Origin: Nitrospiraceae bacterium
GTDB lineage: Bacteria; Nitrospirota; Nitrospiria; Nitrospirales; Nitrospiraceae
Direction of reading: 5' to 3'
DNA: 64,000 nt
NCBI GenBank assembly: GCA_052387595.1
Contig: JBQTJA010000027.1
Location: forward strand, 11,772 to 75,771
Below, piece after piece: positions 50,982 to 60,396 of this stretch (position 1 is its first letter; each line of letters begins with the position of its first letter). A program made the position numbers and the translations under genes. The notes below the pieces were generated by a model. The model worked only from the letters and a program-made list of their open reading frames with translations. It did no database searches and was not told the origin of the DNA.

Positions 50982-51039
50982 CTAATGCCTCGCGTGGTTA
51001 TGAAAAGCTCCTGATGAACTTGCGATACGACAGGCCGGA

Positions 51040-51387
51040 CTAGGCTCCTGCCTTGAACGATTCAAATTCTCGGTCCGCCTTCGCTGCCAGATAGAAATCA
51101 CTTTCGGTCAGGCCGTTGATCTTGTGCGTCCAAATCTCAACTTTGCACTTGCCCCAGGCGAGATAGAGATCTGGATGATGGCCCTCCGCCTCCGCGATCG
51201 CTCCGACCTTGTTCACATAGGCCAGCGCCTGAGCAAAATCTTTAAATGTATAGAGTCGCTCAAGGTGACCCTGTGCGTTAAGTGACCACCCTCGCCCTAA
51301 TTCTTTCAACAAGGCCTCGGCACGATCATTCGCCACAGGTGGCACTCCACCACGGCACGGAATACATTTATTATCGGCAAGACTCAT
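51040..51387 (-). CDS. phhB: Pterin-4-alpha-carbinolamine dehydratase
   Basis: AEAEGHHPD, WTHKINGLTESDF. Confidence 0.92.
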   Translation of the reverse strand: MSLADNKCIPCRGGVPPVANDRAEALLKELGRGWSLNAQGHLERLYTFKDFAQALAYVNKVGAIAEAEGHHPDLYLAWGKCKVEIWTHKINGLTESDFYLAAKADREFESFKAGA

Positions 51388-51470
51388 GCAAAGCCTCCTT
51401 TCACGAGTAACAAAAAAACTATTCTAAATGGGTAATCCGTACAGAAACAAGGAGGGGAGTACAAAGCGGG

Positions 51471-52469
51471 CTATTCAGTCTCGTCCGGCGCTCCACCGGA
51501 CTTTGCCAGGTCGTCCATCTTGATTTTATCCGGATTGAATTTGGCTGCGGCCTGCGTCATGCGATCGAGCGCGTCGTCAAACGATAAGGGTGGCGCATCT
51601 TTGGGACGGAAGCGAATGGGATTCACCCGGGCCACGACGAAGCTCTTCAGATAGGGGCTGGTCAGCCCCTTTGCCTTGAGGGCTTCGACTTGTTTCACAA
51701 TGAGATCGTCCAATTCGAGAACGATCTTGGCTCTTTGCTCACGAAGGGTCAACGCAGTCTGAAGTGGCTTTTGGAGAAATTCGTCCACTCGTTTCAACAC
51801 TGGATGGTAAGCCCCGCCGCTGAGTCGTGGCCGCTCTTCATAGCAGAGACCGAGCGTGATGAACGCCGGCTCTTCGAACTCCAGCGCATACGTGTCTTCC
51901 GTTGCGCCATTGAGTCGCGCGAGTTCCCGGTACATGCGGATGACTTCCAGCGCTTTCTCACGGAGGTTGTGCGATTTCTCCGTATTTAGCGCGAGGATCT
52001 GATAGGCGGCGGCAGCTTCTGGAACCACGATCGCGATAATACTTTTCGCTCCCAGCGTCCGCATGGCAGACAGACGATGGTTGCCGTTCGGTGTCCAATA
52101 CTTCGTTGCTTGGTCGGGTTTTGCGATGCGCACTGCGATGATCGGATCGAGAAATCGACCGATTTTCCCGATGACCCCTTCCAACTTTCGGACGTGGGTG
52201 TCCGAAAGGTTCCGTTGGTAGGGTGTCGGCTCAACCAGGTCGATCGGCAAGGCGGCCTGGACCAGCCATTGGCCCCCATATGGGTCACGATAGACTGAGA
52301 GAACTTTCCCTCCATCCGCCTCGATCAGCCGATGCAACTCGGCCACGGCACCAGGCGGTGCAGCGGCTTGCAACTCACTGGCTGCCAGGCCAGTCGAGGC
52401 TCCAACCGGTTTCCGACGCCGTCTCGCCCCCTTGGGCAACGGGTTTCTTTTCAATTTCTTTTCAGCCAC
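51471..52469 (-). CDS. ParB/Sulfiredoxin N-terminal domain protein
   Basis: PTPYQRNLS, FLDPII and TPNGNHRL. Probable GTG start at 52469. Confidence 0.8.
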   Translation of the reverse strand: MAEKKLKRNPLPKGARRRRKPVGASTGLAASELQAAAPPGAVAELHRLIEADGGKVLSVYRDPYGGQWLVQAALPIDLVEPTPYQRNLSDTHVRKLEGVIGKIGRFLDPIIAVRIAKPDQATKYWTPNGNHRLSAMRTLGAKSIIAIVVPEAAAAYQILALNTEKSHNLREKALEVIRMYRELARLNGATEDTYALEFEEPAFITLGLCYEERPRLSGGAYHPVLKRVDEFLQKPLQTALTLREQRAKIVLELDDLIVKQVEALKAKGLTSPYLKSFVVARVNPIRFRPKDAPPLSFDDALDRMTQAAAKFNPDKIKMDDLAKSGGAPDETE

Positions 52470-52491
52470 TGGGATATGGTAGGACAGAGCC

Positions 52492-53181
52492 ATGACAAAA
52501 GAAAGCCCTACGAGCACGATCCTTCGCATCGGACATCGAGGCGCCTGCGGCTACCGGCCAGAAAACACTCTGGCGTCGATCGAACACGCGATCACACTGG
52601 GCTGCCACTTCACGGAAGCCGATGTCCGGCGGACTGCCGACGGAGCGCTCGTGCTCCTGCATGATGAACAGGTCAACCGGACAACGAATGGGCGAGGACA
52701 CATCGCCGAACTCGCGTTAGAGGACGCCCAACAGTTAGACGCTGGGAGCGGCCAGAAAATCCCAACCCTCGAAGAGACGCTCGCTATGGCCAGCGGTCGG
52801 ATCGGGTTGATCTTGGAATTGAAAGTGCCGGGCCTGACCTACGACACCTGTGCCACAGTCCGTGGCAGCGGCTTCAACGGATCTGTGATCTACGCTTCGT
52901 TTCTCCACGAAGAACTCCAACACGTGCGAAGAATTGATCCGAAGGCTCAGACATTAGCGCTGTTCAAACGGCTGCCCGATGATCTCGTCGCCACGGCCAT
53001 CAGTCTCCAGGCCACGCATGTCGGGATACGCATCAATGCGGTCACCAAACCCCTTGTGCATCGCCTCCATGATGCATGCCTGCTTGTGTTTGTCTACGCC
53101 ATCGACAAACCGGCCGCGATGAAACGGATGAAGATGCTCGGCGTGGACGGGATTATCTCCGACTTTCCAGACCTTATCTGA
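52492..53181 (+). CDS. Glycerophosphodiester phosphodiesterase
   Basis: IGHRGA, ENTL, EADV, LLHD, ELK and DGIISDFPD. Confidence 0.92.
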   Translation: MTKESPTSTILRIGHRGACGYRPENTLASIEHAITLGCHFTEADVRRTADGALVLLHDEQVNRTTNGRGHIAELALEDAQQLDAGSGQKIPTLEETLAMASGRIGLILELKVPGLTYDTCATVRGSGFNGSVIYASFLHEELQHVRRIDPKAQTLALFKRLPDDLVATAISLQATHVGIRINAVTKPLVHRLHDACLLVFVYAIDKPAAMKRMKMLGVDGIISDFPDLI

Positions 53182-53194
53182 AAGGCCACGCAAC

Positions 53195-53630
53195 TGTCAG
53201 CGTTGAAGAATGCCCCTAAAATGGCACGGGCGACCTTGCACTACGGTGGGAGGTCGCCCGTGATCGGCGCTTAGGACGCCGGACTATGATGCTCTCAGTT
53301 GTTGCGGCCCAGAAGACCCACACGAGACAAGGCGTCCAAGGTTTCCAGTCGGGGAAGACCTCGTCAGTTCCGGGTACCTGGTTCCTCCTGCTTCCGAAGG
53401 GCTCTCCGCTCATATGGCTCTGGCCCTCATGTAGGAGGGCCATGCGTACCATTCTGGCACAGCCAGCGAAGAATCGGTTAGCAAGACCGACGAGAAACCC
53501 ACCCGTGAATCGGTGGGCCTGATGGGCCAGGTGGCGTCGTATCGTCCATTTCCACCCTCCTCTCGCGATGAACTCACCGAGAGACCTGGATGGCAGCCGC
53601 GCGGTCTACCCGATCTCTCGAACTTCCGTT
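53195..53630. other. Hairpin-rich intergenic element (possible IS non-coding end or structured RNA)
   Basis: 12-bp stem CACGGGCGACCT 53225-36 / AGGTCGCCCGTG 53251-62; TGGCCCTC/GAGGGCCA covering an SD and ATG 53442; CCCACC/GGTGGG 53498-517; further short stems. Confidence 0.4.
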
Positions 53631-53663
53631 AAAAGATGGGCCGCACTGTCCTCACTACGCCCA

Positions 53664-54103
53664 TTAGAAAACCTTGTCAAGAGTAATCTGACGCTTCTTG
53701 GCACCGATGCGTAACACAGAGCAAATGCCGACCAACACAAGATCTTCAAGCGGAGAATACCATCGCAAAGGCAGAGGGAAGAACACGCCGTAGCACCCAC
53801 AGTTTGGAAGATCAAGGCCGCGGAACAGGGTCATGATGAGCCCCACGGCATAGAGACCGTTCAACATCAGGGCAAAAAACGCACCGGTCGGGAGCAGCCA
53901 ACCGGAAAGGATCATGCTGCCAGTACCCACTCGACTGCAATGATCGTGAGTGCCACCGGCCAGAGCGACCAGCTGGGGAACAGCTGGTAGGTAGCCAAGA
54001 TATCGACGAATCCAGGCGGATCCAGTGATTTTCCTAAAGCTGAGGCCAGGAGCACTCCCCCGATCAACAGGCGGCAACACCATGTCACGACGGTCCAATT
54101 CAT
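53664..54103 (-). pseudogene. MauE/DoxX-family membrane protein with a 1-nt frameshift
   Basis: MNWTVV...ASALGKSLDP...AVEWVLAA then TG-ATC. Restoring one G gives WILSGW...NCGCYG...EDLVL. Confidence 0.8.
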
Positions 54104-54124
54104 ATGGGAGACTCCCGCATAAAG

Positions 54125-54166
54125 AATGAGGAGGAGTGCGGTGCTCCTGCCGCACTCCTCCTCATT
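54125..54166 (-). terminator. 17-bp perfect hairpin downstream of ppk2
   Basis: AATGAGGAGGAGTGCGG-TGCTCCTG-CCGCACTCCTCCTCATT. Confidence 0.65.
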
Positions 54167-54232
54167 TCATGCCTCACTCGTGATTGAGCGTGAATGGCTG
54201 CATCGACCGATTAAGGTCTCGCTGACGCCCCG

Positions 54233-55051
54233 CTACACGATCCGAAGCTTGGTGAAATCTACACCGTCTGGTGCCGGGGGTGTCTTGAGGTTCATCTCTT
54301 CCAACGCATCAACGACTCGCTCAGCCACGATCAGATTGCGGTACCACTTCCGATTAGCTGGCACGACATACCACGGCGCCCGCTCGGTACTCGTGGCCGA
54401 GAGGACCTCTTCGAAGGCTTTCTGATACTCATCCCACAACTTGCGCTCCTCAAGATCGCCAGAACTCCATTTCCAGCGCTTCTCCGGATCGGCGATGCGG
54501 GCCTCCAGCCGTTTTTTCTGCTCTTCCTTCGAGATATGGAGAAAGAACTTGAGCACGGTCGTGCCGTTCTCAGTCAGCAGTTCCTCGAATTCCTTGATCT
54601 GGTCCAAGCGGCGCTTCGCAACTTTCTCGGACACCCATCCATGCACCCGTGTAATCAGGACGTCCTCATAATGCGATCGGTTAAAGATCCCAATGTAGCC
54701 TTTGGGTGGAACTTCGCGGTGAATGCGCCACAAAAAATCACGGGCCAATTCATCCTTGGAGGGAGCCTTGAAAGCCGCAACTTTGCAGCCCTGCGGGTTG
54801 ATGCCGGACATCACGCTTTTGATGGTCCCATCCTTTCCGCTCGTATCCATCCCCTGCAGGACGATAAGAAGCGATCGAGTCGCATTGGCATACAGACGCT
54901 CTTGGAGTCCATCGAGCCCGGCGATGAGTGTGGCCGTTTCCGCTTTTGCCTTTTCTTTACCTTGGTCGCTCTTTTTGTACTCCCCGGTGTCGTCCGGATC
55001 GTACTGTTTCAACGAAAGCTTGGCGCCGGACTTCACACAATACCGTTTCAT
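54233..55051 (-). CDS. ppk2: Polyphosphate kinase 2 family (polyP:nucleotide phosphotransferase)
   Basis: QGMDTSGKDG, FNRSHYEDV, KFFLHISK and WYVVPANRKWYR. Confidence 0.93.
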   Translation of the reverse strand: MKRYCVKSGAKLSLKQYDPDDTGEYKKSDQGKEKAKAETATLIAGLDGLQERLYANATRSLLIVLQGMDTSGKDGTIKSVMSGINPQGCKVAAFKAPSKDELARDFLWRIHREVPPKGYIGIFNRSHYEDVLITRVHGWVSEKVAKRRLDQIKEFEELLTENGTTVLKFFLHISKEEQKKRLEARIADPEKRWKWSSGDLEERKLWDEYQKAFEEVLSATSTERAPWYVVPANRKWYRNLIVAERVVDALEEMNLKTPPAPDGVDFTKLRIV

Positions 55052-55157
55052 GAGTTCCCCCCTGTCTCAGCGCAGAAGACGCCCCATCGTTGGTGATTGT
55101 CGGCACACTGCACAGACCCACGTATGGTCCGAGAATCGGATGAACCGGGTGTGGAGC

Positions 55158-56138
55158 CTATGGTTGTCTTGGAGCATCCTGGGCACAGCGGAAGCCGACA
55201 TTAGGATCCTGTTCGGTCGGGTCACCCTTCGTGCGAAACGAAGACCGTAGCCGATATGGCGTATTGATGTAGGATCCACCGCGCTGGACTTTGGCCGTCC
55301 CTTCGCTGGGTCCACGTGGATTGATCGCGGGACTGTTGATGAAACTGGAATAAAAATCCTCGGCGTACCAGTCCATCACCCATTCGTAGAGATTTCCGGC
55401 TAGATCCTGCACGCCGTACGGGCTTTGCCCCATGTGGTGATTGCCGATGACCGACACCGTCTCCGCACCGCCTTCCTTCAACCCATAGACCGCGTGGACT
55501 GGAGTCGGCGGATCGTTTCCCCACGGATAGGTCCGTTCATCAGTCCCGCGTGCTGCCTTTTCCCATTCAGCCTCTGCGGGCAGCCGTTTCCCCAACCAGA
55601 GACAATAGCCCATTGCATCCATCCAGTTCACCCAACGGACAGGACGCTCGGCATGAATCACAGGCGTCTCCTTATCCGCGAATCCCCATGGAGGTTCGCT
55701 CTGAATAGCTCCAACGTACTTGGCGAATCGTCCGTTCGTCACCTCAAATTTGTCGATGTAGAAAGCATTGAGGTAGACCCGGTGCGTAGGGGCTTCGTCT
55801 TCATCTCCTTTGTCGCTTCCCATCACAAACTCACCGGCCGGCACCAAGACCATCGGGGCCCCATCTTTCCCAATCAGTTCAGGAGCGGCCGTGGACAGCG
55901 CAGCCAGCTGGTGCATAGCGCCACCGTTGGTCGGCGACTTGCTTCTCTCTCCAGCTTTGTGCTCGCCATTGGCGCCGGGAAGTTTCGCCGGAATGGGAGG
56001 AAGGTCAGGCTTGAGGGAAGTTGACGGGACGGACTCAGACTTCGAGGCCCGACTTTCTGTCGCCGCTGCCAGCCCTGCCTGTAGAAGGAGAGTCAGGGCA
56101 CCAGTCATACACACAGCCACAATTCGTTGGACATTCAT
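55158..56138 (-). CDS. Formylglycine-generating-enzyme (SUMF1/EgtB/PvdO) family protein, secreted
   Basis: VPAGEFVMG, FEVTN, RLPAEAEWEKAARG, DLAGNLYEW and GFRCA; signal peptide. Confidence 0.9.
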   Translation of the reverse strand: MNVQRIVAVCMTGALTLLLQAGLAAATESRASKSESVPSTSLKPDLPPIPAKLPGANGEHKAGERSKSPTNGGAMHQLAALSTAAPELIGKDGAPMVLVPAGEFVMGSDKGDEDEAPTHRVYLNAFYIDKFEVTNGRFAKYVGAIQSEPPWGFADKETPVIHAERPVRWVNWMDAMGYCLWLGKRLPAEAEWEKAARGTDERTYPWGNDPPTPVHAVYGLKEGGAETVSVIGNHHMGQSPYGVQDLAGNLYEWVMDWYAEDFYSSFINSPAINPRGPSEGTAKVQRGGSYINTPYRLRSSFRTKGDPTEQDPNVGFRCAQDAPRQP

Positions 56139-56313
56139 ACGTGAGCCTCGGCTGATACTAAGGTACCGAAAACGTAAGGCCAAAATCCAGCCCACTTCGA
56201 TCTGGCTGCTCTATAGACTGAGGCCCGACGGCGGCAACCCGTTGAACATAATAGCCGATGATTGCGTGCGAGAGTTGCACTTACCGATCGTCCAGTGTAG
56301 CGTAGACACCAGT

Positions 56314-56760
56314 ATGCCGGTCTCGATTGCGTTCGCCATTCAGAAGTCCCTCCATCTTGGCACTTGTACCCTGCTCGTCGCGCTGGCCATCGGCGTCTCC
56401 GGCTGTGGTGGTCCTTGGCGCGATACCTATTTCAAGAAGGGGGTCGGTCGACTGTCACAGGAAGAGATTCGAGAGCGACTAGGCCCCCCGCACACGGCCA
56501 AGACCCCGGCGCTTGGTGGGGATAGTCACTGGACCTATCGGTTCGCACTCAGCGAGCAAGACCTCACCACGTTGAACGCCTCATTCGTCGCTGACGCTTC
56601 CCACTCGGTCACCAGCTTGATGGGCAAGGGGGTAGAAACCGCCAAACCTACGTTGTATTGCTATCGGTACACGTTGACATTCTCTGAAGACAAGACCCTG
56701 AAGAACTGGAAACGAGAGGAATGCGTTCCGGGCACCCGCGAAACACTAACCGCCAAATAG
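56314..56760 (+). CDS. Putative lipoprotein
   Basis: LLVALAIGVSGC lipobox; EEIRERLGPPH resembles SmpA/OmlA-type starts. Start uncertain. Confidence 0.65.
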   Translation: MPVSIAFAIQKSLHLGTCTLLVALAIGVSGCGGPWRDTYFKKGVGRLSQEEIRERLGPPHTAKTPALGGDSHWTYRFALSEQDLTTLNASFVADASHSVTSLMGKGVETAKPTLYCYRYTLTFSEDKTLKNWKREECVPGTRETLTAK

Positions 56761-56769
56761 AGGAGGATC

Positions 56770-57603
56770 GTGCCCCCAAGCGAGTGGTTTTCCATCGACA
56801 GCTCGGTCACACTGGACGGACTCAAGTCGCTGATCCTGTTGCTGTTCTTGATTATCGTCCGAGCGCTGGCCGTCCGATGGATCGCCGGCAATCCAACGCT
56901 CTCGATGGAATCGAAACGCCGGTGGGTGGTGACGACCCGGAATTCCGTCGTCTTCGCGTTTCTTATCGGCCTGGTGATCATCTGGGCCCATGAACTCCAG
57001 GCGTTCGCCGTGTCGCTCGTCGCGTTGGCGGCGGCCATGGTCTTGGCGACAAAAGAGCTGATCCTCTGTTGGAGTGGCGCGGCGCTGCGAGTGGGCGGCA
57101 AGGTCTATGCCGTTGGTGATCGAATTCAGATTGCAGGCTACCGGGGAGTCGTACTGGATCACGATGTTTTTGCAACGAAGTTATTGGAGATCGGTCCCGG
57201 GCAATCCGCACACTTGTACACCGGCCGGGTCGCCGTATTTCCCAATAGCCTGCTATTCACGAATACCTTGATCAAAGAGAATCCAGACCAGGAGTATGGC
57301 CTCTATACACTCATGGTGCCGATCAAGGCCGATGACGACTGGCGGAAGGCTGAATGCACTCTCATGGAGGCTGCCAAGGCCGAATGTGCGCCGTTCATGG
57401 AGGAAGCCGTCCGGCAAATGAAACTGCTGGAGCAGGCCAATCTGCTGGAAGCACCGTCACCAGAACCACGCATCACGATCCAATTACCCGATTCCGGAAA
57501 GATCCATTTAGTACTCCGGTTCCCAGCCCCAGATCGGGGACGTTCCCGCATCGAGCAAGCCATCCTCCGTCGGTATCTTATCGGAACAGCCACATCCAAC
57601 TGA
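56770..57603 (+). CDS. Small-conductance mechanosensitive channel (MscS) family protein
   Basis: Three TM segments and VGDRIQIAGYRGVV...FPNSLL. AGGAGG SD with GTG start. Confidence 0.85.
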   Translation: MPPSEWFSIDSSVTLDGLKSLILLLFLIIVRALAVRWIAGNPTLSMESKRRWVVTTRNSVVFAFLIGLVIIWAHELQAFAVSLVALAAAMVLATKELILCWSGAALRVGGKVYAVGDRIQIAGYRGVVLDHDVFATKLLEIGPGQSAHLYTGRVAVFPNSLLFTNTLIKENPDQEYGLYTLMVPIKADDDWRKAECTLMEAAKAECAPFMEEAVRQMKLLEQANLLEAPSPEPRITIQLPDSGKIHLVLRFPAPDRGRSRIEQAILRRYLIGTATSN

Positions 57604-57697
57604 CCGGCGCAGAGAGTTTCAGCCCAGACAAAGGAAGAGGGCTTCCTTCGTCGCCGAAGGAAGCCCTCTGATGACTTCGAGCGCTCAGACGTCTGTC

Positions 57698-58750
57698 TTA
57701 CTTCGGAAATGCCTTTGGCGCCGTAACATGTTGCCACCCTTCGCCGTTGAGCGTACGGAGGAAGGCCACCAGGTCATGCTTTTCCTCATCCGTCAGCTCA
57801 AGGGGGATAACGAGATTGTCTTGGTGTGGATTCTTGACACCACCCTTGTTGTAGAAATCGACGACTTCTGCAAGAGTCTTGAAACGCCCGTCGTGCATGT
57901 ACGGAGCGCTTCGCGCGATCTCCCGCAAGGTCGGGGTCTTAAATGCGCCGAGCTCCTCAGCGTTCTGCGTGACCATGTATCGACCAAGATCCACTTTATT
58001 GTCGTCCCAGCCGATGCCGAGGTTATGAAATTTCTCGTCGGTGAAATTGAACCCGGAGTGGCACTTGGTGCAGCGTGCCTTATCCCTGAACAGGATGAGG
58101 CCCTTCTGCGCGGCTTCCGGAATGGCCCCCGCTTCCCCTCCCTGATCGAAACGGTCCGCAGGGCTGTTGCCGGACAAGACAGTGCGCTGGAAACTAGCAA
58201 TAGCCATGCCGACCCTTTCGGTTGTGATGGTGTCATCCCCAAAGACTTGCTTGAAGAGTTTCCGGTAGCCTGGGATTTTCATCATCTTCGCATTCATCAC
58301 ATCGTAATTGGCAAAGCCGTGCTCGATCGGATTTGTAAACGGACCGACCGATTGAGCTTCCAATGTCGGGGCCCGGCCGTCCCAAAATTGTGTGCTGCTG
58401 AACACCCGGTTGAAGGACGCTGGTGCACTGCGGCCACCCTTCTGGCCTCGGATGCCGGCAGAAACCGGCTTGCCATCCGTGAACGCGAATTTCGCCATAT
58501 GACAATTCGCGCAGGCGATGGTGTTGTCCTGCGACAACCGCTTGTCAAAAAACAGCAGCCGGCCTAACTCTACCTTCTCCTTCGTCAACGGATTATCGGC
58601 CGGAATGACCACAGCAGTCTCTTCGAGACCGAACGGAATCTTGAGCTTGTACTCCTCTGCTTGTGCGTCGCCGAACGAGAATCCCAACAACGACCCCAAC
58701 ATTAATAATGCACACAGAAGTATCAAATTAGTCAGCTTCCGCCTTTTCAT
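57698..58750 (-). CDS. Di-haem cytochrome c peroxidase (CCP/MauG family)
   Basis: LGRLLFFDKRLS, CANCH, QFWDGRA, CTKCH, FKTPTLR and PYMHDG. Confidence 0.93.
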   Translation of the reverse strand: MKRRKLTNLILLCALLMLGSLLGFSFGDAQAEEYKLKIPFGLEETAVVIPADNPLTKEKVELGRLLFFDKRLSQDNTIACANCHMAKFAFTDGKPVSAGIRGQKGGRSAPASFNRVFSSTQFWDGRAPTLEAQSVGPFTNPIEHGFANYDVMNAKMMKIPGYRKLFKQVFGDDTITTERVGMAIASFQRTVLSGNSPADRFDQGGEAGAIPEAAQKGLILFRDKARCTKCHSGFNFTDEKFHNLGIGWDDNKVDLGRYMVTQNAEELGAFKTPTLREIARSAPYMHDGRFKTLAEVVDFYNKGGVKNPHQDNLVIPLELTDEEKHDLVAFLRTLNGEGWQHVTAPKAFPK

Positions 58751-58773
58751 CTTCGTCTCCTCCCTTCGTGCAG

Positions 58774-58816
58774 TGACAGAAGTGTCATTGCGCTTTGGTT
58801 ATATATGTGAACCAAA
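58774..58816. promoter_or_regulatory. Two inverted repeats upstream of the peroxidase gene
   Basis: TGACA-GAAG-TGTCA 58774-58787 and TTTGGTT-N9-AACCAAA 58794-58816. Confidence 0.3.
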
Positions 58817-58924
58817 TGTCCTCCTCTTCGAGTGGCTTGCAGCCTCTCGCCCCACATTGGCCCCATCGCATGCGTCGCCTCACCCCACGCATTCGACCGG
58901 CTCAAGTCCTGGGTGAGATGTCTC

Positions 58925-59250
58925 CTACTCCAATAGACTTCGGATCATCCATGTCAGTTTTTCATACACCTGCATGCGCATGGTCCGCGGATCGATCATC
59001 AGCTTACCCAAAGCCTTCTCAGCCGATGGAAAGACGTTCCAGGATGTTCGCACCAACGCGTCTTCCCCATCGGCGAACTGGCGAATCCTATCGTCGACCA
59101 CCGTAGTAGTACCGACGAGCGCCTGTCATATCATGACTCGTGCTGCCGACTCAATCCGCAGGCAATCGCCGGTCTCACAAAACAAACTAGCACACCAGCC
59201 ACAACCAGGACAGCCCTGCATCCGACGATCGACCCGTCTTTCAGGTTCAT
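58925..59250 (-). pseudogene. Possible degraded secreted-protein gene
   Basis: GGAAGGAGGAGG SD with ATG 59250 and a signal-like MNLKDG...AVLVVAGVLVCFVRPAIA. Another frame continues ...VMI*QALVG...VDDRIRQFADGEDALVRTSW...LLE* to 58925. Confidence 0.35.
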
Positions 59251-59339
59251 GGCCTCCTCCTTCCAACCTGCAACATGTCGCGATGCTTCGTCCGCCTGAT
59301 GAAACATAAAGTATCCAGTCTCTCAAAATAAGTCCAATT

Positions 59340-59361
59340 GAGAATATAGATTCTCTATATT
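59340..59361. promoter_or_regulatory. Overlapping palindromes upstream of oxyR (candidate LysR operator)
   Basis: GAGAAT-ATAG-ATTCTC 59340-55 and AATATAG-N5-CTATATT 59343-61 in an AT-rich tract. Confidence 0.4.
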
Positions 59362-59391
59362 AATATTTCTTATTCACGAAAGGAGCCGGAG

Positions 59392-60315
59392 ATGACACTG
59401 ACGGAATTGCAATACATCGTGGTCGTGGCGCAGGAACGGCATTTCGGCCGCGCTGCGGAACGAGCATTCGTGACCCAACCGGCATTGAGTCTGGCGATCA
59501 AGAAGTTGGAAGATGAATTGGGTGCGATGATTTTCGAACGGCGCCGGAGCCGAATCGAACTGACTCCGCTCGGCGAGCAAATCGTCCATCAAGCGCAGCG
59601 TGTGCTAGAAGAAGCGGAACACATCAAACTCATCGCGGCGCAAGGTAAAGATCAACTGAATGGGCTGCTGCGGTTCGGAGTCATTGCCACCGTCGGGCCT
59701 TATATCCTGCCAGATCTAATCGCAACTCTTCACAAGCGCGCACCGGCGATGCCGCTTGAAATCGAAGAGAGCTTAACGGGCAATCTGACCGCAATGCTCA
59801 AGAACGGGAAATTAGATGTCATCATGGTGGCCCTGCCATTTGAAGAGCTGGGCATTCACACTCAAGCCCTCTATGATGAGCCGTTTAAAGCAGTGGTCCC
59901 AGTTGGGCATCGGTGGGAGCGCAAAAAGCAGATCGACGCGCGTGAACTCGATGGCGAAAAGGTGTTACTGCTTCATGCTGGGCACTGTTTTCGCCAGCAG
60001 GTGTTGAATGCTTGCCCGGAACTGAGCCGATCCGATACGGAAGGCCTACAGGGAAATTCTCTCGAAACGATTCGCCAGATGGTCGCCTCAGGGTTAGGCG
60101 TCACCGTGCTACCCTGCAGTGCTCTCACGAAGAAGTACACAAACAAGCGATTGATCGCCATCGACCTGGCAAAACCGGTACCGGGGCGTCGAATCGGACT
60201 CGCATGGCGCCGTGGGTTTACACGACCACAAGTGATCGACGTGATCCGGGACGCCATCCGTGGGCTGAAGATGCCAGGATTGAGCATGGTGCCAGGCGAA
60301 CACCAGTCGGCATGA
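59392..60315 (+). CDS. oxyR: LysR-family H2O2-responsive activator OxyR
   Basis: LysR HTH (TQPALS) and GHCFRQQVLNAC, the OxyR C-x8-C redox pair. Confidence 0.88.
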   Translation: MTLTELQYIVVVAQERHFGRAAERAFVTQPALSLAIKKLEDELGAMIFERRRSRIELTPLGEQIVHQAQRVLEEAEHIKLIAAQGKDQLNGLLRFGVIATVGPYILPDLIATLHKRAPAMPLEIEESLTGNLTAMLKNGKLDVIMVALPFEELGIHTQALYDEPFKAVVPVGHRWERKKQIDARELDGEKVLLLHAGHCFRQQVLNACPELSRSDTEGLQGNSLETIRQMVASGLGVTVLPCSALTKKYTNKRLIAIDLAKPVPGRRIGLAWRRGFTRPQVIDVIRDAIRGLKMPGLSMVPGEHQSA

Positions 60316-60396
60316 CACCTCTCAGCGTTCCTTCTGGGCGCTTGTTGCGCCCGATGACTTTTGTTAGGATGCCGCCGACTGAACTGAAGCACGTCC

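Noticed and set aside
53195-53630. RNase P RNA or group II intron end
   Set aside because: I could not find the GAGGAAAGUCC / AGUCGGC-type RNase P motifs or the intron domain V GAGCCG...GUACGGUUC on either strand.
55810-58567. Long ORFs 55810..56313 (extension) and 57671..58567
   Set aside because: Antisense shadows of the FGE-family and peroxidase genes.
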